Source of the DNA: an uncultured Gammaproteobacteria bacterium
GTDB lineage: Bacteria > Pseudomonadota > Gammaproteobacteria > DRLM01
Length of the DNA stretch: 64,000 nucleotides
Direction of reading: 5' to 3'
Assembly: GCA_963729605.1 (NCBI GenBank)
Contig: CAVSNY010000007.1
Location: 704,001 to 768,000, forward strand
The first letter of the stretch is position 1; the number at the start of each line of letters is the position of its first letter. Below are positions 1 to 10,209 of the stretch, piece by piece. The notes under the pieces were generated by a model that saw only the letters and a list, made by a program, of their open reading frames with translations, did no database searches and was not told where the DNA came from. Made by a program: the position numbers and the translations under genes.

Positions 1-41
1 GGTAAACCCTGCCTCGTCGGTTCGGTATCGAAAGATATCCG

Positions 42-111
42 CCCTTCTCCGCGAGCGGGAGAGAGCGCAATGCGATGACGGCACCTGCCTGCTCCCGCGT
101 GCGGGAGGGGG
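42..111. repeat. Two degenerate CCCTCTCCCGC-NN-GCGGGAGAGGG REP-like hairpins
   Basis: Same palindrome family recurs at 27304-27342, 27580-27612 and 35664-35699. Confidence 0.55.
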
Positions 112-140
112 AATGATGTCCCATGTCCGACTTGGGATTA

Positions 141-298
141 AAGAGAAGCGCTGAATAATCCCATTCTGGAATTTCACGGCAGGGCAGCAAAAAACGGATT
201 TTCGCTGTCCTTGATTTTCAATGTTTCAACGATTAACACCATTGAAAATGGCGATGCATCCTGTGCGGCAGGAACCGCCGATAAATAGAGATTCTCTT
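141..298 (+). mobile_element. MITE-like dispersed element, copy A
   Basis: Shares GCGCTGAATAAT..GGAATTT..CATTGAAAATGGCG..ATAAAT with 23529-23683 and 47086-47245; terminal AAGAGAA/TTCTCTT. Confidence 0.65.
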
Positions 299-614
299 GC
301 GTTGTAATTTTGGGATAGATTCCAGGCCGCATTGCAATGCAACTCACGGAGTCATCACCCACTCTGCCCGCCGTACGCTACGTTCCGGCCGTCGTGATCG
401 GCGAATGCTGTCGCTGCCTGACAACAAAATAGATGAAGGCCAATCGTCGCGGCGGCTTGTTTAAAAATCAAAACCGGATTCAAGTCGATTGATTGGCCGT
501 GGGGAATTTCAATCGCCATACACGAGCTCGGTGTATTTAATTCTAGCGGCTGAGTGACGGTGGCTTTCCGTCCATAAAGAGTTATGACCGTGCAATCTGC
601 ACCGACATGCCCTT

Positions 615-640
615 TTTACATTTTGATTGTGTTTTTTACA
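615..640 (+). promoter_or_regulatory. Two TTTACA boxes 20 bp apart, candidate enhancer-binding-protein site
   Basis: TTTACA at 615-620 and 635-640, about 170-190 bp upstream of a sigma54 motif. Confidence 0.35.
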
Positions 641-806
641 CCCTAAGATGGACAAGGCTTGCACATTGTCAGTGCGAAGATGCGCGTGCCCGCCGAAATT
701 ATTTTCATCACCCATAACGCGCGATCTCTCGGCTTAATTTTTTTTATGGTGTTGTTTCAATGCAATGTAAACGGCACGAGCTTAACAATTTTTCCGCAAC
801 ACATGG

Positions 807-822
807 GGGCACGAAACTTGCT
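807..822 (+). promoter_or_regulatory. Sigma54 (-24/-12) promoter of the EPS cluster
   Basis: GGGCACGAAACTTGCT matches TGGCAC-N5-TTGC with exact GG-N10-GC spacing, 40 bp before the wza ATG. Confidence 0.6.
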
Positions 823-861
823 GAGCAAGAAAAACAGTTTTTTACTGTTGGTCGAGCTCTA

Positions 862-1956
862 ATGAAAATATCCCTAATAACAGCAATAACAACGGTGCAC
901 ATGCTCGCGGGTTGCGCGCTGGCGCCGGGCATGCACATGAAGGAACAGGACGGCGCCACCACCGTTCCCCTTCCCGTCATAGAAGCGGGCGAGCCCGCCG
1001 TGCAGACTATCCCGATCACCCAAATCGACGCGGCCTGGGTGCGCGATCAAACTTCAAGTCGCACTAATGAGGCTTTGGCGTTGGCGCGGCCTTATGAGCC
1101 GTATCGCGTGGGTCCGCGCGACGTATTGACCATAACGGTATGGGATCATCCCGAACTCACCATTCCCGCAGGCGAATTCCGTTCGGCGGACATCTCCGGC
1201 TACCGCGTCGGTGAAGACGGCATGCTGTTTTATCCCTATGTCGGCGTCGTCACCGCCGCGGGCAAGACGGTGGAGGAGTTGCGGCGCCTGCTGACCGAAG
1301 GGCTCGCCCCATTCATAGCCAAGCCCCAGCTCGATGTGCGCGTGGCGGCGTTTCGCAGCCAGCGCACCTATGTCGTAGGTGAACTCGTCAAACCCGGTGT
1401 ACAAGTGATCACCGATGTCCCGCTGACCGTCACCGAGGCGCTGGACCGGGCCGGCGGGCCGAGCCCGGCGGCGGACATGAGTCGTACAACGCTGGCGCGT
1501 GACGGCAATATCTATCGCATCGATCTCAACGCCCTCTATCAGGAAGGCGATATCACCCAGAATGTCCTGTTGCAAGACGGCGACGTGCTCAACATCCCCG
1601 ATCGCGCGCAAAACAAAATTCTAGTGATGGGTGAAGTGCTGAAGCCCGAATCCCAGCTCATGGTCAAAAGCCGCAAGACGCTGGCCGAGGCGATCAGTGA
1701 TGCCGGCGGCGTCAGCGTCTTCAGTTCGGATCCGCGCCGCATCTATGTCTTCCGCAACCGCCCGGATCGGCCTTTGGTCTTCCGCCTCGATGGTAAAACA
1801 CCGGACGCCATGCTGCTGGCCGAGCGTTTCGAATTGGAGCCGCGCGATGTCGTTTACGTCGACACCGCGGGAGTTTCGCGTTGGAACCGCGTGCTCAGTC
1901 AACTCCTGCCGTCTTTTAATGTAACGACGCGCCTGTTGCCGGGAACGGCGCAATGA
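862..1956 (+). CDS. wza: Polysaccharide export outer-membrane lipoprotein Wza
   Basis: Lipobox LAGC, YRVGPRDVLTITVWDHPEL, SLBB repeats, C-terminal RWNRVLSQLLP. Confidence 0.92.
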   Translation: MKISLITAITTVHMLAGCALAPGMHMKEQDGATTVPLPVIEAGEPAVQTIPITQIDAAWVRDQTSSRTNEALALARPYEPYRVGPRDVLTITVWDHPELTIPAGEFRSADISGYRVGEDGMLFYPYVGVVTAAGKTVEELRRLLTEGLAPFIAKPQLDVRVAAFRSQRTYVVGELVKPGVQVITDVPLTVTEALDRAGGPSPAADMSRTTLARDGNIYRIDLNALYQEGDITQNVLLQDGDVLNIPDRAQNKILVMGEVLKPESQLMVKSRKTLAEAISDAGGVSVFSSDPRRIYVFRNRPDRPLVFRLDGKTPDAMLLAERFELEPRDVVYVDTAGVSRWNRVLSQLLPSFNVTTRLLPGTAQ

Positions 1957-4160
1957 GTGCGCTTACACCGGTGATGGAGGCCAGGCCCGTGCCCAGGTCC
2001 GACGACGGCAAGGTTGACTTGGGCCTGTTCCTGGCCACGTTGAAACGGGCCAGGTTGTTGATCGCGGCCTGCGTGGCCGCGGCACTCCTACTGGCCGTCA
2101 TTTATCTGTGGATTACGCCGCCCACGTTTCGCGCCGACGTACTTTTGCAGGTGGAGCGCAAGGCCAACGCCGTCGAGACCCTGCTCAATGACTCGACCCG
2201 CCCGCTGCAAGAAACGGAATCCATCAGCGCGGAGTTGGAATTGATGCGTTCGCGGCAGGTTCTGGGCGAGGTGATTGACCAGCTCAAGCTCGAGATCGTC
2301 GCCGAACCCCGTTATTTGCCGGTGATAGGCGCGGCATTCAAATACCACGGCGGCCTCGAATCGGATCTGACGCCCTTCGCCGCGCCGTGGCGGCACTTGG
2401 GGCGCTACGCCTGGGGCGGAGAAGCGATCGTTCTATCGACACTGGAGGTGCCGCCGGATTACGTGGATCAGCCCTTGCTGCTCACCGTCGGCCGATACGG
2501 ACAATATATATTGCAAGGTCCGGATGACGAGTTGTTGTTGACGGGAGACGTCGGCGTTCCCGCCGTTTCGGCCGGTTTTATCCTTGAGGTCGATACGTTG
2601 ACCGCGCGGCCGGGAACCCAATTCAATGTCATGCGGTTGTCGCGCATGAGCGCGCTCACCGCGTTGCAGAAACAGCTGGATAGCAAGGAACAAGGCAAAC
2701 TCTCGGGCATCATCAAACTTTCGGTCTACCATGAAGATCCCGCGCGGGCCGCCGAGATCGCCAACGCCATGGCGCTGGCTTATTTGGAGCAGGACGTCTC
2801 CCGCCGTTCCCGCGCAGCCAAACAAACCATGGCGTTTATCGACAGTCAGCTCCCGCTGGTGCGGGAACGTCTGAAGACGGCGGAAGACAGTTACAACCAG
2901 TATCGTTTGGCGCGCGGCTCGGCGGATCTGGACCTCGAGATCAAAGGCCGCCTCGAACGCCAGATCGAGGTGGAAAATCAACTGGTCGACGTGCAGCGGC
3001 AGCGCGCGGTCCTGAGCCAGAGTTTCGCCCCGTTGCATCCCAAGATATTGGCGCTGGACGGCCAGGAAGCGCGCCTCACGCAAGAGGTGAATACCCTTGA
3101 CGGCTGGGTCAAGAATTTGCCTGAAACGCAGCGCAATCTCACCCGGCTGCTGCGCGATGTGCAAATCAATACCCAGCTTTATCTTTCGCTGCTGAACAGT
3201 TCGCAGGAGCAAGGCATTGCCCAGGCCGGCAACATAGGCAACTCGCGCATCGTCGACCCGGCTTTGCTTCCTCGTGTCCCGGTCAAGCCCAGGCCCGAGC
3301 TGATCATTGCCTTAAGCGCGGCCTTGGGCATCTTTATCGGCTTGGCGGCGACCCTGTTACGCCATGTGTTGCGTCCCCGGGTCAGCGATCCGCGCTGGAT
3401 AGAACAGCATTTCGGCTTGCCGGTATTCGCCATCATTCCGCACAGCAAATCCGAGCGGCGCTTGCGCCGGGACCAGCGGCGGCCCAAGTCCGCGCGGCAC
3501 TTGCTCGCGCACCGCAGCCCGCAGGACGCGGCGATCGAGAGTCTGCTGGTCCTGCCTCACACGATGCAACTCACCCCCGCGCGCACGATCGAGCCGGGAC
3601 GCGGACAAGTGCTGCTGGTCTGCGGGCCGCGTGCCGGCGTCGGCAAATCCTTCGTTAGCGCGAATCTGGCGGCGCTGCTCGCGCGCACCGGGCGGGTGTT
3701 GCTGGTGGATGCCGATCTCAGGCACGGCAGGTTGCACGACTATTTCGGCCTGCCGCCGACGCCGGGCTTGGCGGACATGCTCGATCGCGGCGCGCAGGTT
3801 GCCCCGCAGCCCATCACCGAAAATCTGCATGTGTTGCGCAGCGGTCTCCGCGCGCGCGAGCCCGCTGCGTTATTACAGTCGGCGGCCTTGTCGCAGCATA
3901 CGGCGGCCTGGACGGCGCGGTACGACTATGTCCTGTTTGATTCCGCGCCGCTGCTGGAAGTCGCCGATACCTTGGCGCTGGCCCCTCTTGCCGATGTCTC
4001 CCTGCTGGTGTTGAAGGCGCATGCGCATAGCCTTGTGGAAATCGATCTCAGTCTGAAACGTCTCCTGCGCGCCGGCGGCAAAGTTCAAGGGGTGTTGTTC
4101 AATGACGTGAGCCCCGCCGATATGACGTATTACACGCGAGCATACGGCTATGCTTCTTGA
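1953..4160 (+). CDS. wzc: Polysaccharide co-polymerase / BY-kinase Wzc
   Basis: Two TM helices, coiled coil, Walker A GVGKS, VDADLR, FDSAP, C-terminal Tyr cluster. Confidence 0.9.
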   Translation: MSALTPVMEARPVPRSDDGKVDLGLFLATLKRARLLIAACVAAALLLAVIYLWITPPTFRADVLLQVERKANAVETLLNDSTRPLQETESISAELELMRSRQVLGEVIDQLKLEIVAEPRYLPVIGAAFKYHGGLESDLTPFAAPWRHLGRYAWGGEAIVLSTLEVPPDYVDQPLLLTVGRYGQYILQGPDDELLLTGDVGVPAVSAGFILEVDTLTARPGTQFNVMRLSRMSALTALQKQLDSKEQGKLSGIIKLSVYHEDPARAAEIANAMALAYLEQDVSRRSRAAKQTMAFIDSQLPLVRERLKTAEDSYNQYRLARGSADLDLEIKGRLERQIEVENQLVDVQRQRAVLSQSFAPLHPKILALDGQEARLTQEVNTLDGWVKNLPETQRNLTRLLRDVQINTQLYLSLLNSSQEQGIAQAGNIGNSRIVDPALLPRVPVKPRPELIIALSAALGIFIGLAATLLRHVLRPRVSDPRWIEQHFGLPVFAIIPHSKSERRLRRDQRRPKSARHLLAHRSPQDAAIESLLVLPHTMQLTPARTIEPGRGQVLLVCGPRAGVGKSFVSANLAALLARTGRVLLVDADLRHGRLHDYFGLPPTPGLADMLDRGAQVAPQPITENLHVLRSGLRAREPAALLQSAALSQHTAAWTARYDYVLFDSAPLLEVADTLALAPLADVSLLVLKAHAHSLVEIDLSLKRLLRAGGKVQGVLFNDVSPADMTYYTRAYGYAS

Positions 4161-5487
4161 ACGCAGCGTAAATCGGGTTCTGGCGCCGGAAGCGGTATTG
4201 CCGGTGTTGTTGGCCTTGTTGGTCTGCATGGCGCTGGTAGTGACCTTGCCGCAGGCCTATTCCAACTGGGAAGGCACGCGCGAAGTCATGGGCGACCAGG
4301 ATTTCGGGCTGCGGCTGCTGCGCGAGGCCGGGGTCCTGATCATCTTGGTGTATTGCCTCATGCTGCGCCGCTATTGGGATATTTTACTCAATCCCGCCGT
4401 GATGGCCGGCATCGCGATAGTGGGCGCTTACGTGATGTTCGAAGTCATGTATGCGCTGGAGCGCAATTTGCCGTTGGTGGTGCCGCTGGCCGGGCTGCGG
4501 GTGTTTGAGTATCTGCCTTTACTCTTCGCCGGCGTCCTGCTGGCGAGGCTGCCGCGGGGTGAACACGCGTTCCGCCGCCTGGCCCACTATGTGTGCTTCT
4601 TCGTAGTGATAGAAGGCGTGCTCGGGGTGATACAGGCCTTGTATTCGCCCCATTTATACGGCGTTTCCCTGTTGGGCGGAGGCCGCGCCTTCGGCACCTT
4701 CGTCAGTCCCAATGCCTACGGCGCGGCGCTGGCCACCTGCGTTCTGCTGTTTGCCCTGAGCAATTGCGCGCGCCTGCGCTTGTGGCTTTTCCTGAGCGTG
4801 TTCTTCATCGTGTTGAGCGGTTCACGCACCGCCTTCGTTTGCACGGCGCTGGTATTGTTCTTCGTCGCGTTGCGCCGCTTGGCGCCCTGGGAGCGGATAT
4901 TGACGCTCTTGCTCACGCCGTTTCTGCTGGCGGGCGCGCTTTGGCTGGGGTCCAGCAAAATCGTCAGCGGCCGGGATATCGAGGGAGAAGGCCGGCTGGA
5001 GGCGTGGACCGAGTTGTTGGCGAACAATGTGCAGTCGGTGTGGAATTTGTTATTCGGATGGGGCTTGGGTCTGGGTTCCAACACCGTCACGGTGTTGTTC
5101 GGCAACGACGCGTTTACCGGCCAGTTCACCTCCGACAGTCTTTACATGTATCTGCTCAACGGTTTCGGACTCATTGGTCTGCTGGCGTATCTGATCGGAC
5201 TGGCCTGGGTATGGCGGCGCAGTCATCATCCCGACAAGACCTTGTTCATCTTGTTTCTGCTGCTGGCCGGCGTGCCTTTCAACGCCTGGGAGATGTTCCC
5301 GCAGAACGCCCTGCTCATGTTCATGCTGGGTTACATCGTCGGTTATCCGCGAGGCGATACCGTCCACGCGCCATCGAGCATTCCCGCCGCCGCTTACTAC
5401 GGAGAAGGTGCGCGGTCGTCGGCCTCACCGGTGACCGGCACGCACCCGCGGCATTCGCTTTCACCCACTATGGAATCACGACGATGA
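4150..5487 (+). CDS. Polysaccharide polymerase / O-antigen ligase-like membrane protein (Wzy-like)
   Basis: Polytopic membrane protein, LSGSRTA and FGWGLG motifs, EPS context. Confidence 0.7.
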   Translation: MLLERSVNRVLAPEAVLPVLLALLVCMALVVTLPQAYSNWEGTREVMGDQDFGLRLLREAGVLIILVYCLMLRRYWDILLNPAVMAGIAIVGAYVMFEVMYALERNLPLVVPLAGLRVFEYLPLLFAGVLLARLPRGEHAFRRLAHYVCFFVVIEGVLGVIQALYSPHLYGVSLLGGGRAFGTFVSPNAYGAALATCVLLFALSNCARLRLWLFLSVFFIVLSGSRTAFVCTALVLFFVALRRLAPWERILTLLLTPFLLAGALWLGSSKIVSGRDIEGEGRLEAWTELLANNVQSVWNLLFGWGLGLGSNTVTVLFGNDAFTGQFTSDSLYMYLLNGFGLIGLLAYLIGLAWVWRRSHHPDKTLFILFLLLAGVPFNAWEMFPQNALLMFMLGYIVGYPRGDTVHAPSSIPAAAYYGEGARSSASPVTGTHPRHSLSPTMESRR

Positions 5488-6512
5488 TCGGCAGGCTAAT
5501 TTCATGGGCAATCCGCGGCGAACCGCAATGGTCTCCGCCTTTGGCCAAACAAGAGATAAAACCTTCGGCGAAGGCCGGCGCTTTGAAATGGGACAAGGCC
5601 GACAGCGGCGCCGTGAAACGCGAGCAGTCGTCACCGGTCCCGTTCCCGAATCAGCGCGATCGGCGAAGCGAGCCGTCGCAAGCCGCTTATCCGCTGTCGG
5701 ACGCGAGCCTGCCGGTATTGACCATTGTCATCCTCGCCTGCAACGAGGCGCGGCATTTACCGCGTTGTCTGGCGCAACTGCCGCGCGGTTACCGGGTGGT
5801 GGTCGTCGATTCCGGCAGCACCGACGCCACCCCGGAGATCGCCAAGGCGCATGGCTGCGACGTGTATACGCGCGCCTGGCAGGGCTTCGCCGAGCAGCGC
5901 AATTTTGCCTTGCGGGAATGCGGCGTCCGCACGCCGTGGGTATTGTTCGTGGACGCCGACGAAATTTATCCCGCCGAATTTTTCGACTGGTTCGAAACCG
6001 AGGTCGCCGAGCGGCCGGCGATAGACGCGGTGTGGGTGCCTTCGTATTTATATCTGCGCGGCAAGCGGCTCAAGCATGCGCCGGGTTATCCCATTTATCA
6101 CCCCCGCGCGATCCGTGTCGGCAAAGTGCGCTTCGTCACCAATCACACCGGCCATGGTGAAAGTATTCCCGCCACCACCGCGACGATGACCGCCGACATC
6201 CCCTACGACCATTATTTCTACGACGGCGATATCGTGGGGTGGATGCACAAGCATATCGGCAAGGCCCTGCTGGAGGTCGGACTGAAACGCACCGCCGGCG
6301 CCCAACTGTCGCGGCGTGGCAAATTGAGTTTGCTGTTCGGCCGCAGCGCGTTGCGCATTCCGGCGCGCTTTCTCTATCACTACGTCTTGCGCGGCGGATT
6401 TCTCGACGGTCGCGCCGGTTTCGAGTTCGCGCTGATGTTCACTTGGTACGAAGCCACGATTTATCTACAGCACAACGCGCAATTGGGGAACAATCATGTC
6501 AAGGCAAGTTGA
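5484..6512 (+). CDS. Glycosyltransferase family 2
   Basis: VILACNE, VVDSGSTD, GFAEQRNFAL, VDADE; ATGA overlap with the upstream stop. Confidence 0.85.
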   Translation: MIGRLISWAIRGEPQWSPPLAKQEIKPSAKAGALKWDKADSGAVKREQSSPVPFPNQRDRRSEPSQAAYPLSDASLPVLTIVILACNEARHLPRCLAQLPRGYRVVVVDSGSTDATPEIAKAHGCDVYTRAWQGFAEQRNFALRECGVRTPWVLFVDADEIYPAEFFDWFETEVAERPAIDAVWVPSYLYLRGKRLKHAPGYPIYHPRAIRVGKVRFVTNHTGHGESIPATTATMTADIPYDHYFYDGDIVGWMHKHIGKALLEVGLKRTAGAQLSRRGKLSLLFGRSALRIPARFLYHYVLRGGFLDGRAGFEFALMFTWYEATIYLQHNAQLGNNHVKAS

Positions 6513-7689
6513 TGTCGGGGTAGTGAGTACACATGTGGCGCCGGCCTTGGGGTACGGCGGCGTCTCGGTGACGACGGCCGTGCTGACCGGCGCCTGGGCC
6601 AAGCTCGGTCACCGTATCCTGTTGTGTTCGTCGGATGCGTCGCTGGGCGGCCGTCTGCGGCCCAGGGATGTGAACCTGGGCGACGCGGTCGAAGTGACTC
6701 TTTACCGCAGCTACGGATTTCGCCGCTGGGGCTTCGGCCTCGGCGCCATTCCGAAAATCCTCCGCGTCTGCATGAACGCGCCCCAGGTCTATATTCACGG
6801 CATCGCCACTTGGCCCAGCACGCTGGCGGCGCTGTTCTGCTGGGGTTTGGGCCGGCCCTTCGTCGTCGCGCCGCGCGGCGGCCTGATGCCGGAGCACGTC
6901 ATACTCATTCGGCAATCCAAGCCGCACAAATGGTGGTATTACCGGCTGTTGACCTTGCCCGCTTTGCGCCGCGCCCAGGCCATCCATTGCACCAGCGACG
7001 TCGAAGCCGAAGGCGTGAGACGGTACGTGGGCGCGGCCGCGCCGGTGGTGATCATTCCCAACGGCGTGGACCTGGATCAAATACACGCGTCGCCCGCGCC
7101 GCAAACCCCGGGCCTCACGCTGTGCTTCCTCGGGCACATTCTGCCGGAGAAAGGCATCAACGCGTTCCTGCGCGTCTGGCTCGCGCAGCGCCGGCCCGGT
7201 GACCGCATGCTGATCGCCGGGCGCGCGAGCGACGGGGCTTATTTCGACGAATTCAAAACGCTGGTCGCCGAGGCGCCCGAGGCCGTGTCCTATCACGGTT
7301 ACCTGGACCGCGCCGGTGTCAAAAATCTCCTGGCGCAAAGCCATTTCCTGGTGTTGCCGTCGGGACTGGACGCCGGCGGCATGCGCGAAAATTTCGGCAA
7401 TGTCGTGGCCGAGGCATTGGCCGCCGGCCGGCCCGTGCTGGTGTCGCGCGGTTTGGCGTGGGACGGCATCGAAACCGCGGGCGCCGGTTTCGTTTTCGAT
7501 TTAAACCCCGCCGCCGTCGGCGCCGCCCTGCGCCGTGCCCAAGCGCTCGAGCCGGATGTCTGGCGCGACATGTCGCGTCGCGCCCGCCGCCACGTCGAAA
7601 CCCATCTGGACGTACATGCCCTGGCCGCCGAGGCTTGGGGTCGGCTCGTCGCGCCGCAAGCGCTGCCGGCCAATGGAGCGCGGCCATGA
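6496..7689 (+). CDS. Glycosyltransferase family 4
   Basis: IPNGV, EKG, ENFGNVVAEALAAGRPV (EX7E). Confidence 0.88.
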   Translation: MSRQVDVGVVSTHVAPALGYGGVSVTTAVLTGAWAKLGHRILLCSSDASLGGRLRPRDVNLGDAVEVTLYRSYGFRRWGFGLGAIPKILRVCMNAPQVYIHGIATWPSTLAALFCWGLGRPFVVAPRGGLMPEHVILIRQSKPHKWWYYRLLTLPALRRAQAIHCTSDVEAEGVRRYVGAAAPVVIIPNGVDLDQIHASPAPQTPGLTLCFLGHILPEKGINAFLRVWLAQRRPGDRMLIAGRASDGAYFDEFKTLVAEAPEAVSYHGYLDRAGVKNLLAQSHFLVLPSGLDAGGMRENFGNVVAEALAAGRPVLVSRGLAWDGIETAGAGFVFDLNPAAVGAALRRAQALEPDVWRDMSRRARRHVETHLDVHALAAEAWGRLVAPQALPANGARP

Positions 7690-8618
7690 AAGTAGGCTTG
7701 ATCGTGCCGACCTTGAACGCCGGACCCACTTTTGAAAGCTGGCTGGCGGCCTACGCGCAGCAAACGTTCAAGCCCGATTATGCGTTGGTGATCGATTCCT
7801 CGTCGGAGGACGAGACGGCGGCGCGGGCGCGGGCGCGGGGTTTCACGGTGGAGGTCATTCGACGCGAGACCTTCAATCACGGCACGACGCGCGACTTCGG
7901 CGTGTCCTATCTGTCCGACGCCGATATTCTGATATTTCTCACTCAGGATGCCCTGCTCGCCGACCCGCACGCCCTGGAAAATTTGACCGGGGCCTTCGCC
8001 GACCCGCAAACGGGCGCCGCGTACGGGCGGCAGTTACCGCATCGCCACGCCCAACCGATAGGCGCGCATGCGCGTTTGTTCAACTATGCCGCGCAGAGTT
8101 CGCTGCGCCGTCTTGAGGATCGCGCGCGTTTCGGCCTGAAAACGGCCTTTGTCTCCAATTCCTTCGCCGCTTACCGGCGTACGGCGCTGCTCGCGGTGGG
8201 CGGTTTTCCGCACGACACCATCATGAACGAAGATACTTATGCGGTGGGCAAGATGCTGGTGGCCGGCTGGCAGATCGCCTATTGCGCCGACGCCCAGGTA
8301 TTTCACTCGCACGATTACGGCTTCGCCGAAGAATTCCGCCGCTATTTCGATATCGGGGTTTTCCATGCGCGCGAGCCCTGGTTGCGGCAGACCTTCGGCC
8401 AGGCCGAAGGCGAAGGCCGGCGTTATGTGCGTTCGGAACTCGCTTATCTGTGCCGGCATGCGCCTTTCCTGGTGCCGTTGGCGATGTTGCGGACCGCTTT
8501 GAAGTGGTCGGGTTACAAACTCGGCTGCGCCGAAAGACTGATCCCCCCGAAGTTTAAACCTTATCTGAGTCTGCACCGTCGGTTCTGGCGCGATTCCCGT
8601 CTGGCGATAAGCAATTGA
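7686..8618 (+). CDS. GT2 rhamnosyltransferase-like protein
   Basis: VPTLNA, FNHGTTR, FLTQDA, YGRQLP, SNSFAAYRR, HSH. Confidence 0.85.
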   Translation: MKVGLIVPTLNAGPTFESWLAAYAQQTFKPDYALVIDSSSEDETAARARARGFTVEVIRRETFNHGTTRDFGVSYLSDADILIFLTQDALLADPHALENLTGAFADPQTGAAYGRQLPHRHAQPIGAHARLFNYAAQSSLRRLEDRARFGLKTAFVSNSFAAYRRTALLAVGGFPHDTIMNEDTYAVGKMLVAGWQIAYCADAQVFHSHDYGFAEEFRRYFDIGVFHAREPWLRQTFGQAEGEGRRYVRSELAYLCRHAPFLVPLAMLRTALKWSGYKLGCAERLIPPKFKPYLSLHRRFWRDSRLAISN

Positions 8619-8631
8619 GGAGTCATGAAGT

Positions 8632-10035
8632 ATGGCCGCGCGGAAAGGTTTGTTAAAAGAATACTCGAATCCACTGCTGATGATGTTGCAAGGATACGAC
8701 GTATTGATGATCAGTATCGCGGGTATCGTCGCCCACGTCTGGACGTACGGCACCGCCGCGCCGATCCCCGATGAGCGATTGCTCGCGATCGCGTTCGTCA
8801 CCTTCGGCGGTTATTCCTTGTTCCGCCGGCTGGACCTGTACCGGGTCTGGCGCGGCGGTCCGCTGATTGCCGAATTGAGCTTGATATGCCGGGCTTGGTT
8901 GGGCTTGTTCGTGATGATCGCCGGCGCGGTGATGCTGACCAGTTGGAAGGCCGACGAAGATATGGTGTTGAGCTGGTTGTGGATGGGTTTGGGCCTCGCC
9001 GGCATGAGTATTTCTCGCGTGGGTCTGCGCGGCGCGCAGCGCTGGCTGCGCGCCTCCGGTTTCAATCAGCGCAAGATCGTGTTGTGCGGTCTGAGCGAGA
9101 CCACGCTGATGATCCAGCGCCAGTTGAATTTCGCCAACTGGAGCGGTTTCCAGGTGGAGGGTTATTTCGACGACCGGCATGCGTCTCGTCTCGACGGTAA
9201 TATCGCCTTGCCTTATCTAGGCGGCACCGACGGCCTCGTCGGCTACGTGGAACAGCGGGGCGTGGATCAGATCTGGCTGGTCTATCCGCTTTGCGCGGAG
9301 TCGCGGGTCAAGACCATTTTGCATGCCTTGCGGCACACCTCGATGGACATCCGCTATGTCTTGGACACGTCGTCATTCCAGATCATCAATCAAGGCGTCA
9401 GCGAAGTCGCGGGCGTGCCCATGATCAATCTCAGTACCTCGCCGCTGGCCGGCTTCAACCGCTTCCTCAAGGAAGCGGAAGACCGCTTGCTGGCGCTGTT
9501 GATACTGACGTTGATTTTTCCGCTGTTCGCGGCGATTGCGCTGGGTGTCAAATTGACCTCGCCGGGGCCGGTGTTTTATCGCCAGGAACGCGTAAGTTGG
9601 CAGAACCGAAAATTCATGATGCTCAAATTCCGTTCAATGCCGGTGGATGTCGAGGCCGGCACCGGTCCGGTATGGGCCAAGTCGGGAGAGGTGCGTGCGT
9701 CGCCGTTCGGCGCCTTCTTGCGCAAGACCAGCCTGGACGAGTTGCCGCAATTCATCAACGTGCTCAAAGGAGAAATGTCGATCGTCGGCCCGCGTCCCGA
9801 GCGGCCGCATTTCGTGGAGAAATTCAAAGATCAGATTCCAAACTACATGAAAAAACACTTGGTGAAGGCCGGTATCACCGGCTGGGCGCAAGTCAACGGC
9901 TTGCGCGGCGATACCGATCTCAAGCGGCGTATCGAATACGATCTCTATTACATCAAAAATTGGTCCGTCACATTCGATTTATGGATAGTGGCGTTGACGC
10001 TGTTTAAAGGGTTCCGTGATAAAAATGCCTACTAA
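8632..10035 (+). CDS. wcaJ: Undecaprenyl-phosphate glucose phosphotransferase
   Basis: KFRSM, SLDELPQFINVLKGEMSIVGPRP, GITGWAQVNG, C-terminal KNAY. Confidence 0.9.
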   Translation: MAARKGLLKEYSNPLLMMLQGYDVLMISIAGIVAHVWTYGTAAPIPDERLLAIAFVTFGGYSLFRRLDLYRVWRGGPLIAELSLICRAWLGLFVMIAGAVMLTSWKADEDMVLSWLWMGLGLAGMSISRVGLRGAQRWLRASGFNQRKIVLCGLSETTLMIQRQLNFANWSGFQVEGYFDDRHASRLDGNIALPYLGGTDGLVGYVEQRGVDQIWLVYPLCAESRVKTILHALRHTSMDIRYVLDTSSFQIINQGVSEVAGVPMINLSTSPLAGFNRFLKEAEDRLLALLILTLIFPLFAAIALGVKLTSPGPVFYRQERVSWQNRKFMMLKFRSMPVDVEAGTGPVWAKSGEVRASPFGAFLRKTSLDELPQFINVLKGEMSIVGPRPERPHFVEKFKDQIPNYMKKHLVKAGITGWAQVNGLRGDTDLKRRIEYDLYYIKNWSVTFDLWIVALTLFKGFRDKNAY

Positions 10036-10209
10036 ACCGCCGAAAAACCGTGGCCGCGGCAGGTGCGAAATCCGCGGCGATAAGCCGGACTGTTTCATGG
10101 CGGCGTGTGCCCCGCGGCCGGCGGTCGGTCGGGCGATTGTTGAGTTCAATTCCGCCGCGCGACGTTCAATATATCGATCGGCCGCCACGACGCGAAGGGA
10201 GACTGCGTC

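Noticed and set aside
4593-5483. N-terminal half of the 639-aa ORF overlapping wzy
   Set aside because: Shadow frame; the GT2 gene starts at or after the coupled ATG 5484.
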